DNA from: Minisyncoccia bacterium
GTDB lineage: Bacteria > Patescibacteriota > Minisyncoccia > Phycocordibacterales > UBA9973
Direction: 5' to 3'
Length of the DNA stretch: 64,000 bases
Assembly (NCBI GenBank): GCA_044229265.1
Contig: JBGATK010000002.1
Coordinates: 15,092 to 79,091 of the forward strand
Made by a program: the position numbers and the translations under genes. The notes below the pieces were generated by a model. That model saw only the letters and a list, made by a program, of their open reading frames with translations. It was not told the origin of the DNA and searched no databases. This document shows positions 37,533 through 48,246 of the stretch, piece after piece; the first letter of the stretch is position 1, and each line of letters begins with the position of its first letter.

Positions 37533-38435
37533 ATGAAAAATATAGCATTTAAGTTAATTTTCGTTTTTATTTTAATATTTAGTTTTTCATTTGCAAATCA
37601 AACTTTTGCTCAAAATTCGACTGTAAATTACTCACAAACAAATTATGTTTTTAATAATCGTATTTCCAAGGGTGCAAGGGGAAATGCTGTTTGTGCTTTA
37701 CAATTACATTTAATTAAAGCAGGGTATCTAAAAATTCCTTCACCAACTTGTATTTTTGGACCACTTACTACTACAGCCCTTAAGAATTTTCAACAAAATA
37801 ATAATATCGCACCAGTAGGTTCAGTTGGACCGCAAACTCGTGCATTATTAAATAATTTAAACAGTGCAAATAATTCTACCAATACTGCTACTAATACAAA
37901 TACTTCTTCTTCTACTACTACTTCTAACATTACAACTACAACTAATAATACAAATACAAATACAGCAACATCTAGTAATACTGTAGTTTCAAATTCTACT
38001 CCAACTACACCTTCTACACCGAATACTCCTTCTACTCCAAATATTCCAAATACTCCAAACGCACCAACTCCAATAACTTGTAATGGCACAGCTCCTACAC
38101 TAACCGTCGTACATCCAAATGGAGGAGAAGTTTTTAATGCTGGAAGTCAGGTAGATGTAAAATGGGATTATACTTGCCCTAATTTATTACCAACAGTGAG
38201 TCTATTTTTAGAATATAGTAATCCAGCATTACCTACTTTTGTGCCAACTGTATATCAAATATTACTTAATACTCGAAATGATGGTGCTGAAACAATTACT
38301 TTGCCATTCATAAACAGAACATCACAAGCTGGGCCATTTTACATTTTGACTATTACAGATGGCACTGCTCCTTACTTTGGTTCACCTCTACCGACAGTTA
38401 TAGATTCTTCAAACGCTCAATTTACAATTCAATAA
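37533..38435 (+). CDS. Secreted protein: peptidoglycan-binding domain, Thr/Asn/Pro-rich linker, C-terminal Ig-like domain
   Basis: V.ALQ..L...GY....FGP.T..AL..FQ....G.VGP.TR..LN; TPSTPNTP repeats; PNGGE...V.W. Confidence 0.8.
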   Translation: MKNIAFKLIFVFILIFSFSFANQTFAQNSTVNYSQTNYVFNNRISKGARGNAVCALQLHLIKAGYLKIPSPTCIFGPLTTTALKNFQQNNNIAPVGSVGPQTRALLNNLNSANNSTNTATNTNTSSSTTTSNITTTTNNTNTNTATSSNTVVSNSTPTTPSTPNTPSTPNIPNTPNAPTPITCNGTAPTLTVVHPNGGEVFNAGSQVDVKWDYTCPNLLPTVSLFLEYSNPALPTFVPTVYQILLNTRNDGAETITLPFINRTSQAGPFYILTITDGTAPYFGSPLPTVIDSSNAQFTIQ

Positions 38436-38447
38436 TTTTATAAATTA

Positions 38448-39050
38448 ATGGATATTTTAGCTCATACTCTTTGGGCAAATGCAGGGGCGAGAGGCGCTAA
38501 GGCGTTGGCCGAGAAATTAGATAAGTCCCGACGCCCAGAGGGGTCGGGATCCCGACCGAAAACGTCGGGGTTTAAAATTTCTATTTTTTGGACAGGATTT
38601 TTTGGTGTAGCTCCGGACTTTTTTGCTTTCACTATTCCGTTCTTTATTGGGATTTATAATCTGCTTTTTAATCCCGCTTTTGAAGGTGGTTTTGGAAGTC
38701 ATCATATAAAAATAGATGGTTTTGATTTGGCTGCATATCTATATCAATTTTCTCACTCTATTGTTATATTTGCACTTGTATTTATTTTAGTTTGGGTTAT
38801 TTATAAACGTCCACGCTGGGAACTTTTTGGTTGGCTACTTCATATACTAATAGACATACCTTCTCATTCTGTTCAATTTTATCCGACCCCCTTTCTCTTT
38901 CCAATTTCTGAATATCGTTTTCCCTATGGAATATCTTGGGCAAATACTTGGTATATGATTATAAACTATAGCGCGCTTGCATTAGTTTGGTCCACGATTC
39001 TAGTTAAAAAAATGAGAGAAAAGAAATTGAAAAATAAAAGTATGATATAA
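38448..39050 (+). CDS. Membrane-bound metal-dependent hydrolase-like protein carrying an in-frame palindromic repeat
   Basis: MD..AH, PD, HS, LH.LID..SH motifs. Confidence 0.75.
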   Translation: MDILAHTLWANAGARGAKALAEKLDKSRRPEGSGSRPKTSGFKISIFWTGFFGVAPDFFAFTIPFFIGIYNLLFNPAFEGGFGSHHIKIDGFDLAAYLYQFSHSIVIFALVFILVWVIYKRPRWELFGWLLHILIDIPSHSVQFYPTPFLFPISEYRFPYGISWANTWYMIINYSALALVWSTILVKKMREKKLKNKSMI

Positions 39051-39101
39051 TTAAATTATTATAAAAATAATTAATTCCACATTGTGGAGTATATAAATTT
39101 T

Positions 39102-39158
39102 ATGGCAAAAGGAACTGGTGCTCGCAAAGAAAAAAAGAAACCAAAGAAGAGTAAATAG
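39102..39158 (+). CDS. Unannotated 18-aa lysine-rich micropeptide
   Basis: MAKGTGARKEKKKPKKSK; followed by terminator AAAACGGAAG-GAAA-CTTCCGTTTT. Confidence 0.55.
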   Translation: MAKGTGARKEKKKPKKSK

Positions 39159-39277
39159 TATTTATAAAAAACGGAAGGAAACTTCCGTTTTTTATGTAAT
39201 TTTAAAGACTTTTTATGCTTTTCTGTATATAAAATTATACCCTATAAAATAAGGATAAATAATAGCTAGGTAAAGGC

Positions 39278-39306
39278 TTGACTTTGATTTTGACTTCGTA
39301 TATACT
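39278..39306 (+). promoter_or_regulatory. Sigma70 promoter of the 16S rRNA gene
   Basis: TTGACT-N17-TATACT. Confidence 0.8.
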
Positions 39307-39617
39307 AATCCAGCGTCTAATCCACTTTGGATATGGCGTTTTTGTTTAAGCAAGTGCTAAGCAAACACCTTGAAAATCAAATGAATTAATTAAACCCACA
39401 CACTTACTTTATTATTGACTCTGTCATTGCGCAAAGCGCGATAATAAAGTAAGTGTGTGGGTAAATTGAGAACCCCGACATTTCAAGTCGGGAAGCAAGT
39501 CTCAAAATGTTTCTAAAATAATAATTTCTAGAGCAGGATCAAATTGTGAACTCTGCAAAAAACTACCGAGCCTTTGGGCGAGGTGAATCTGTTTTTTGTT
39601 TTGTTCCATTCTAACTT

Positions 39618-41230
<1,613 letters not shown>

Positions 41231-41423
41231 TTGAAATATCTCACTTTTTATTAAGTGGGTGATCGAGTCGATCTTTTGTGCCACAATTGAGCACAAAAGA
41301 GTTTGGTTAAACTTAAAACAACATGACATTTGGAAAGACAAAAAACAATAAAGTTTCCTTCGTCGCTAAAGCTATGAAGGATAAGAATGGAACAAAACAA
41401 AGAACATATTCAATGTTTTCTCT

Positions 41424-41460
41424 AAAAGAAAAACTCTTCGCAAGAAGGGTTTTTCTTTTT
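41424..41460 (+). terminator. Intrinsic terminator closing the 16S transcription unit
   Basis: AAAAGAAAAACTCTTC-GCAA-GAAGGGTTTTTCTTTT. Confidence 0.75.
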
Positions 41461-41489
41461 ACTGATTTTTAATTTTTGTTGTATAATAT

Positions 41490-42377
41490 ATGTATATGAA
41501 AATTGGAATACTTCGTGGAGGAGAAGAAAATTATGAAGACTCTGTAAATAAAGGAGGTAAATATATTTTGCATATTTTTGAAAAGATGCCTGAATATAAA
41601 GCTGTAGATATTTTTATTGATAAAAATAATGCTTGGCACTTATCCGGATTACCTACGAATCCTTCGCAAATATTTAAAGAGGTTGATCTGGTTTACAATG
41701 TAGCTCATCCTTCTTTTGGAAAAATGCTTGAGAATTTTGGAATAAAAGTTGTGGGTCCGTCATCATTTTCTTTTGGACTTACTCATCAGCGTCCGCTTCT
41801 TCAAAATTATTTAAAACAAATTGGGGTAAATATGCCACGCACTATATTATTACCTGTTTTTCAAAAAGATATAGATATAGATTTAGAAGATTATATAAAT
41901 AAAAAATCTAGAGAAGTTTTTGAAAAATTTGGTGCACCTTATATAGTACGCGCATTAAACCATAGTAAAATGGTGGGCATACACGTAGCTAGAACTTATC
42001 CAGAATTAATAAATGCAATTCGTGATGTTCTCTCTCACGGCGAAAGTGTTTTGATAGAAGAAATGATTTCTGGTAAAGTTTTTTCAGCACACACAGTTGC
42101 TAATTTTAAAAATGAAAATATCTATGCATTACCACTTTCTGGTTATAAACATAAAGAGAAAGATAATATTTTAGATATAGCAAAAAAATTGCATCAGCAT
42201 TTAGACGCAGGTCCTTATTTAAAATCCGATTTTGTGATTCATCCAAAACGCGGAATTTTCTGTATTAATGTGGATTTACATCCAAATATAAAAGAAGATT
42301 CTAATTTTTGTAAGAATTGTAATGAGATAGGGTTAAGTCCAAGCATGATTCTCGAACACTTTTTTCAAAAAGCTTAG
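41490..42377 (+). CDS. Divergent D-alanine--D-alanine ligase-like ATP-grasp protein
   Basis: MKIG.LRGG....E.S...G N-terminus, IFID...W, LIEE.I.G; canonical LHG, KP..GSS and E.N..PG motifs are degraded. Confidence 0.7.
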   Translation: MYMKIGILRGGEENYEDSVNKGGKYILHIFEKMPEYKAVDIFIDKNNAWHLSGLPTNPSQIFKEVDLVYNVAHPSFGKMLENFGIKVVGPSSFSFGLTHQRPLLQNYLKQIGVNMPRTILLPVFQKDIDIDLEDYINKKSREVFEKFGAPYIVRALNHSKMVGIHVARTYPELINAIRDVLSHGESVLIEEMISGKVFSAHTVANFKNENIYALPLSGYKHKEKDNILDIAKKLHQHLDAGPYLKSDFVIHPKRGIFCINVDLHPNIKEDSNFCKNCNEIGLSPSMILEHFFQKA

Positions 42378-42393
42378 TGTGCTATACTAGGAA

Positions 42394-42488
42394 AAGTATT
42401 TTGTTTTTATCTATGGCAAGTCATCGCACTCACATAGGCACATATGTTGGAGGTTAGCCATGACTTGCCTTAAATGAAAACAAAATTA
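42394..42488 (+). ncRNA. Candidate long-hairpin ncRNA
   Basis: TG-c-TATACT at 42380-42388; ATTTTGTTTT/AAAACAAAAT and GGCAAGTCAT/ATGACTTGCC stems; AT palindrome 42490-42543 downstream. Confidence 0.5.
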
Positions 42489-42730
42489 AAATAAATAAAA
42501 AAAATTCTTTAGAAAATTTTCTAAAGAATTTTTTTTATTTATTAGTTATCCACATTTCTGTGAAAAAAATATTGTATTTTATTTTTTTATGCGCGATAAT
42601 TATAATGTAAGTTTGTAATAATTATTTCAAAATATTTTACACTTTTATTTTTAAAGAAAATATTTTTGAGGTCGGATTATTTCAAATTAATTTAATAAAA
42701 TAATTTGCGTTGCGTACGCACAAAAATAAT

Positions 42731-42817
42731 ATGGCAGCAAAAAAGAAAGCAGCTAAAAAGACAACAAAGAAAGTTGTAAAGAAAGCAGCAAAAAAGACTA
42801 CAAAGAAGCGAGCATAA
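42731..42817 (+). CDS. Unannotated 28-aa histone H1-like Lys/Ala peptide
   Basis: MAAKKKAAKKTTKKVVKKAAKKTTKKRA; terminator AAAATCCTCCGCC-TTAC-GGCGGGGGATTTT follows. Confidence 0.75.
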   Translation: MAAKKKAAKKTTKKVVKKAAKKTTKKRA

Positions 42818-42912
42818 TCCTTCTTGTTCTCACTTGCAAAATCCTCCGCCTTACGGCGGGGGATTTTGCTTTTTGTAGAAAAAAGACGAATTTTATGTTA
42901 ATATATACTTCT

Positions 42913-45399
42913 ATGAGTTTAATCAAGAAATTATTTGGAGATACTAGTAGTAGTTTTATAGCTAAAAACAAAGGCTTTTTAAAAAAGATAGCTGATCTTG
43001 AAGAGAGTATTATTGCTCTAAAAGATGAAGATTTTCCTAAAAAAACTCTAGAATTCAAAGATAAATTAAAAAATGGTACTAAATTAGAAGATATCTTACC
43101 GGAAGCTTTTGCGCTCGTGCGTGAAGCCGCCAAGAGGTGCTTGAATGAGCGTCATTATGATGTTCAGCTTATTGGTGGTATGGCACTTAATGCTGGAAAA
43201 ATTGCTGAAATGAAAACAGGTGAAGGTAAAACTCTGGTAGCTACACTTTCTGCATATCTAAATGCTCTTGAAGGTAAGGGTGTGCACGTTATCACTGTGA
43301 ATGATTACCTCGCTCGACGCGACGCGGTCCTCATGGGGCAAGTTTATAATTTCCTCGGACTTTCTGTAGGTATAATAAATTCTCAAAATGTTTCTTATTT
43401 ATATGATGAAAAACATTTAACACAAGAAGAAGAAAAAATTGACGATGAGAATCGTGATAAAACTGGTGAATTTAAAATTGTTTATGATTTCTTGAAGCCG
43501 TCTACACGCAAACAAGCTTACGAGGCTGACATTACTTATGGTACAAATCATGAATATGGTTTTGATTATTTGCGTGATAATTTAGCAACTTCAGCTTCTC
43601 TGATGGTTCAACGCGGACAGCATTATGCAATAGTGGATGAAGTGGATTCTATATTGATAGATGAAGCCCGTACTCCACTTATCATATCTACACCAGCTGA
43701 AGAGTCTGATGAATTTTACAGAAGGTTTGCTGAAATTGCTAAAGGTATGGCCCGCGATGAAGATTATACAGTGGACGAAAAGTTGAAAGCAATTCAATTA
43801 ACTCAAAATGGTATTACTAAAGCTGAAAGTGCTCTCGGTATCGATAATATTTACACAGAAAAAGGTATAAAATATGTGCATCATTTAGAAACAGCAGTAA
43901 AAGCACGTGCTATTTTTGAACGCGATAGAGATTATGTTCTAAAAGATGGCGAAGTTGTAATCGTGGATCCTTTTACAGGGCGCATGCAACCAGGGCGCCG
44001 TTGGAGCGAAGGTGTGCATCAAGCCATCGAAGCTAAAGAAGGTGTAAAAATAGAAAAAGAAACTCGCTCTGCAGGTTCTATTACGTATCAAAATTATTTT
44101 CGTATGTATAAAAAACTTTCTGGTATGACAGGAACAGCAGAAACTTCAGCAGAAGAATTTTTAAAAGTTTACGGACTCGACGTTATCGTGATTCCTACTC
44201 ATAGACCTGTATCACGTATAGATAGGTCTGATCTTATTTTTCAAACCGAACAAGGTAAATTTAAAGCCATAGCACAGAAGATCAAAGAACTCAGTGAAAA
44301 AGGTCAGCCGGTTCTGGTGGGAACTATATCTATAGAAAAAAATGAATTACTTTCTGAATATTTGAAAGCTCTCGGTGTAAAGCATACTATTTTGAATGCT
44401 AAAAATCACGAGCAAGAGGGCGAGATCATAGCCCAAGCAGGGCGCTACGGTGCAGTAACTATAGCTACAAACATGGCAGGTCGTGGTATCGACATCAAGC
44501 TTGGAGGAAATCCAATAGTCAAAGAAGAATATGAAAAAGTAAAAGCTGTGGGCGGACTCTATGTCCTCGGGACCGAGCGTCATGAAGCGCGTCGTATTGA
44601 TAACCAGCTTCGTGGACGTTCTGGCCGTCAAGGTGATCCGGGTGAGACTCAATTTTTCGTATCTCTTGAAGATGATTTGATGCGTGTTTTCGGCGCAGAT
44701 AGAATAAAGAATATGATGGGTAGATTCGGTATTCCTGAAGACCAACCGATAACAAATGGTATGGTCAATAGAACCTTAGAAGGTGCTCAAGCGAAAATTG
44801 AAGGCTTTCATTTTGATTCTCGTAAACATACACTCGAATACGACGATGTTATGAATCATCAACGCAGGATAGTTTACGAACGCCGTCAGAAAATGCTTCT
44901 TGCTGATAGGGAAGAGATGGAAAAATTACTTGCAAATTTAGCAAATGATTTTGAAGGTTTTGCCGAAGCTGAAAAAGAAAAAAGAGAAAAATTAGGCGAA
45001 GAAAACTTTTTTGAAACTGTGCGTCGCATTGCGCTTTATACTAATGACACACTTTGGATGGAACATTTAGAACAAATGGATTACCTCCGTAGTTCTGTAA
45101 ACTTGCGTGCGTATGGACAGCGCGAGCCTATAGTAGAATACAAGAAAGAAGGATTACACCTTTTTAAAGCTATGGAATCAGCTTTTAGAATGCAAGTTGC
45201 AGATTTGATTCGTAATATAAATATCGAAAACGCTCAAAATCTAAAAGTGGAAGTAGAAAAACCAAAACAAACTTTAATATTAAATCAATCTGAAGCAAAG
45301 ATGGGTGGTATTAAAAATAACGATAAAGCTGAAGTAGGCCGAAACGACATGTGTCCATGTGGTAGTGGCAAAAAATACAAAAAATGCCACGGGGCGTAA
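42913..45399 (+). CDS. secA: Preprotein translocase ATPase SecA with SEC-C motif
   Basis: EMKTGEGKT, VNDYLA.RD, IVDEVDSILIDEARTPLII, TNMAGRG, GRNDMCPCGSGKKYKKCHG. Confidence 0.98.
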   Translation: MSLIKKLFGDTSSSFIAKNKGFLKKIADLEESIIALKDEDFPKKTLEFKDKLKNGTKLEDILPEAFALVREAAKRCLNERHYDVQLIGGMALNAGKIAEMKTGEGKTLVATLSAYLNALEGKGVHVITVNDYLARRDAVLMGQVYNFLGLSVGIINSQNVSYLYDEKHLTQEEEKIDDENRDKTGEFKIVYDFLKPSTRKQAYEADITYGTNHEYGFDYLRDNLATSASLMVQRGQHYAIVDEVDSILIDEARTPLIISTPAEESDEFYRRFAEIAKGMARDEDYTVDEKLKAIQLTQNGITKAESALGIDNIYTEKGIKYVHHLETAVKARAIFERDRDYVLKDGEVVIVDPFTGRMQPGRRWSEGVHQAIEAKEGVKIEKETRSAGSITYQNYFRMYKKLSGMTGTAETSAEEFLKVYGLDVIVIPTHRPVSRIDRSDLIFQTEQGKFKAIAQKIKELSEKGQPVLVGTISIEKNELLSEYLKALGVKHTILNAKNHEQEGEIIAQAGRYGAVTIATNMAGRGIDIKLGGNPIVKEEYEKVKAVGGLYVLGTERHEARRIDNQLRGRSGRQGDPGETQFFVSLEDDLMRVFGADRIKNMMGRFGIPEDQPITNGMVNRTLEGAQAKIEGFHFDSRKHTLEYDDVMNHQRRIVYERRQKMLLADREEMEKLLANLANDFEGFAEAEKEKREKLGEENFFETVRRIALYTNDTLWMEHLEQMDYLRSSVNLRAYGQREPIVEYKKEGLHLFKAMESAFRMQVADLIRNINIENAQNLKVEVEKPKQTLILNQSEAKMGGIKNNDKAEVGRNDMCPCGSGKKYKKCHGA

Positions 45400-45417
45400 A
45401 ATAATATAAATTTATTT

Positions 45418-46653
45418 ATGAATAAAAAACTTTGGTTTTTGTTTTTGACAATTTTTATAGACATGCTTGGAATTGGGATTTTGATTCCAGTTATTCCTCA
45501 GCTACTCGGTGAGCCTTCTTCACCATATTATCTGCTTGGAGCAGGTCAAGGGGATCTCGGTTTTTTGCTTCTTGGTATACTCATGGCGCTTTATCCACTC
45601 GCGACTTTTTTTATGGCGCCAGTACTCGGAGCACTCTCTGATAAATATGGACGTAAGCCAGTATTATTTATTTCCATTCTAGGCACTGCTATTTCGTATT
45701 TTGTTTTTGCTTATGCAATTCTTACCAAAAATATCGCACTTCTTTTTATTTCGAGATTAGTCGATGGCATAACAGGAGGTAATATCTCTGTAGCTCAAGC
45801 CGCTATAGCTGATTCGGCTGAGCCACAAAATCGGGCAAAAGTTTTCGGTATGATAGGCGCAGCTTTTGGTTTTGGTTTTATATTTGGGCCATTTTTAGGA
45901 GGTATACTTTCTACTCCTACTATTCTTCCGTTCTTTAATGCATCGACTCCATTTATTTTTGCTGGTATTTTGTCTTCTATTAATGCTATATCTATTTATT
46001 TTTTCTTCAAAGAAAGTATTAAAGAAAAAGATACAGAGAGAAAGATAGACCCACTGTCTTCTTTTAAAAATATTCTAAAAGCCCAAAAATTCTCAAAAGA
46101 AATTCGTTATTTATTTTTGTGTTCGTTTTTATTTAATGTCGGCTCTTCTTTCTTTTATTCATTTTTCAATGTTTATCTCACGAATAAATTTTCTTTCTCT
46201 CCAGCAGAGATAGGGAACTTTTTTGCTTATGTTGGGGTGTGGATCATCATAACTCAAGTCGTGGTGGTGCGACATTTTGCCAAGAAATATAAAGAAGTAG
46301 ATATCATAGGTTATGCATATATTTTTAATGCAATAGGAGTACTGCTCTATTTATTGCCATCGAATCCTTGGTATTTACTACTCATTGTGCCACTTGCTTC
46401 TATCCCAAATGGCCTGCAAATGGCGAATTTCTCTAGTTTCCTTTCCAAAGAAACTCCAGAAAAAATGCGTGGGGAAGTCATGGGTGTTTCTTCTTCTGTC
46501 GCATCTCTTGGTCAATCTTTTCCGCCAATACTAGCTGGACTTATAGCCGCTATCACAGCTTCTTATGTGCCAATTATTTTTGGGGCTATTGTTGTTTTTT
46601 CTGCTGGTATAATATTTATCTATAAAATAAGAAATAATCTCGCTAAACACTAG
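45418..46653 (+). CDS. TetA-like MFS drug:H+ antiporter (DHA1)
   Basis: D.LG.GI..PV.P, G.LSDKYGRKP, R..DG.TGG, G..GFIFGP.LGG. Confidence 0.88.
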   Translation: MNKKLWFLFLTIFIDMLGIGILIPVIPQLLGEPSSPYYLLGAGQGDLGFLLLGILMALYPLATFFMAPVLGALSDKYGRKPVLFISILGTAISYFVFAYAILTKNIALLFISRLVDGITGGNISVAQAAIADSAEPQNRAKVFGMIGAAFGFGFIFGPFLGGILSTPTILPFFNASTPFIFAGILSSINAISIYFFFKESIKEKDTERKIDPLSSFKNILKAQKFSKEIRYLFLCSFLFNVGSSFFYSFFNVYLTNKFSFSPAEIGNFFAYVGVWIIITQVVVVRHFAKKYKEVDIIGYAYIFNAIGVLLYLLPSNPWYLLLIVPLASIPNGLQMANFSSFLSKETPEKMRGEVMGVSSSVASLGQSFPPILAGLIAAITASYVPIIFGAIVVFSAGIIFIYKIRNNLAKH

Positions 46654-46699
46654 TATTTTTTATTGTTTGTTTTTTCTAATTAAAGGTTATAATACTAAT

Positions 46700-47941
46700 A
46701 TGCAGAATTTGATAAAAAGCATTGATCAAAAACTCAAACTAAAAAGGCGAATAATTGCTAAATTAGCAGCACTTCATTTTTATGGTAATCCATCGAAAGA
46801 TTTAAAAATAGTGGGCGTGACAGGCACAAATGGTAAGACCACTACGGCTACTTTGCTTTACAAAATATCTACAGCACTAGGATACAAGTCCGGCCTTATA
46901 GGCACAGTAGAGAATATTATCATAAATGAAAGGCGAGAAGCATTGCGCACTACTCCAAGCCCTATACCACTTAATAGTTTATTAAAAGAAATGTTAAGTA
47001 AAGGAGTAGAATATGTTTTTATTGAAGTCTCAAGTCATGCCTTAGATCAAGACAGAGTAGCTGGTATAAATTTTACTGGAGGCATTTTTACGAACCTCAC
47101 CCACGACCATCTCGATTATCATAAAAGCATAGAGAATTATTTTGGAGCTAAAAAGAAATTTTTCAAAATGCTTCCTGAAAATGCTTTTGCCTTATCAAAT
47201 GGCGACGATGAGCACGGAGCAATGATGCTTGAGGATATAAAAGCTAAAAAAAATATTTATGGTTTTGAGGGAGGCGAAAATTTTCACGGGGAAATTTTAA
47301 AATCAGATTTTGGTGGTTTAGAACTTAAATTCAACCGGACCAATATTCATTCCAAATTAATAGGCAGATTCAATGCCTACAATTTACTTTCCGTTTGGAG
47401 TGCATGCAAACTCCTTAATTTTAATATGCCTAAAGTAAAAAATATTTTAGAAGACATTACTCCACCAGCTGGGCGTTTTGAATATTTTATTTCTAACAAT
47501 GGTATTGTGGGAATAGTGGATTATGCTCATACACCGGACGCTCTCGAGAAAGTATTGCTCACTATTAAAGACATAAAAAGTGAAGGATCTAGAATTATTT
47601 CTGTATTTGGTTGTGGAGGGGACAGGGATCCTATGAAGCGTAGAGTTATGGGAAAAGTAGGAGCTACATTTTCTGATATTTCTATTTTTACTACAGATAA
47701 TCCTCGTAGCGAAGATCCAGAAAAAATTATCTCGGAAATGAAAACCGATGTATCGATGGAAGAATTAAAAAGAGTTCAAGTTTACACAGACCGCAGAATA
47801 GCAATTGAAAAAGCTATAGCTCAGGCTAAAGCCGGCGACATAGTCCTCGTAGCTGGTAAAGGCCACGAAACTTATCAAGAAATCTCTGGCACAAAATATC
47901 ACTTCAACGACATGGAAGAGTTAAAAAAATTTCTTAAATAA
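46700..47941 (+). CDS. murE: UDP-MurNAc-tripeptide synthetase MurE (DNPR motif typical of meso-DAP specificity), lacks N-terminal domain
   Basis: GVTGTNGKTT, EVSSHAL.Q.R, TNL.HDHLDYH, DYAHTPD, GCGGDRD, DNPRSE, AGKGHE. Confidence 0.95.
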   Translation: MQNLIKSIDQKLKLKRRIIAKLAALHFYGNPSKDLKIVGVTGTNGKTTTATLLYKISTALGYKSGLIGTVENIIINERREALRTTPSPIPLNSLLKEMLSKGVEYVFIEVSSHALDQDRVAGINFTGGIFTNLTHDHLDYHKSIENYFGAKKKFFKMLPENAFALSNGDDEHGAMMLEDIKAKKNIYGFEGGENFHGEILKSDFGGLELKFNRTNIHSKLIGRFNAYNLLSVWSACKLLNFNMPKVKNILEDITPPAGRFEYFISNNGIVGIVDYAHTPDALEKVLLTIKDIKSEGSRIISVFGCGGDRDPMKRRVMGKVGATFSDISIFTTDNPRSEDPEKIISEMKTDVSMEELKRVQVYTDRRIAIEKAIAQAKAGDIVLVAGKGHETYQEISGTKYHFNDMEELKKFLK

Positions 47942-47942
47942 A

Positions 47943-48245
47943 ATGATTTATTATGTTCTTGGTATTTTTGTAGGGTATTTTTTCTGGAAGTTTTTTGCGG
48001 GTAAAAAAGAAGGAGATAAAAAAGAAAGATCAATTATTTTTTGTATTGGTGAATATTCTTTTCATATACATCATTGGATATTTTCTTTAGTTTTATTGGT
48101 AGTATTTTTTGTATTAGATATTACATCAAGTCTTTTGTTTGGAATTTTAATAGGAAGTATCATACAAGGCCTTTCATACAAAGATCGTTTTTTATTTTTT
48201 TATAAAACTAGAGATTACGAAAAAATTTATAAGAAATTTAAATAA
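47943..48245 (+). CDS. Small membrane protein with HIHHW motif
   Basis: Three TM helices; HIHHW; QGL.Y.D. Confidence 0.7.
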   Translation: MIYYVLGIFVGYFFWKFFAGKKEGDKKERSIIFCIGEYSFHIHHWIFSLVLLVVFFVLDITSSLLFGILIGSIIQGLSYKDRFLFFYKTRDYEKIYKKFK

Positions 48246-48246
48246 T

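Noticed and set aside
37860-38075. Tandem DNA repeat array
   Set aside because: Explained by the low-complexity Thr/Asn/Pro linker of the encoded protein.
42546-42720. Replication origin
   Set aside because: AT-rich, but only one DnaA box and no dnaA/dnaN nearby.
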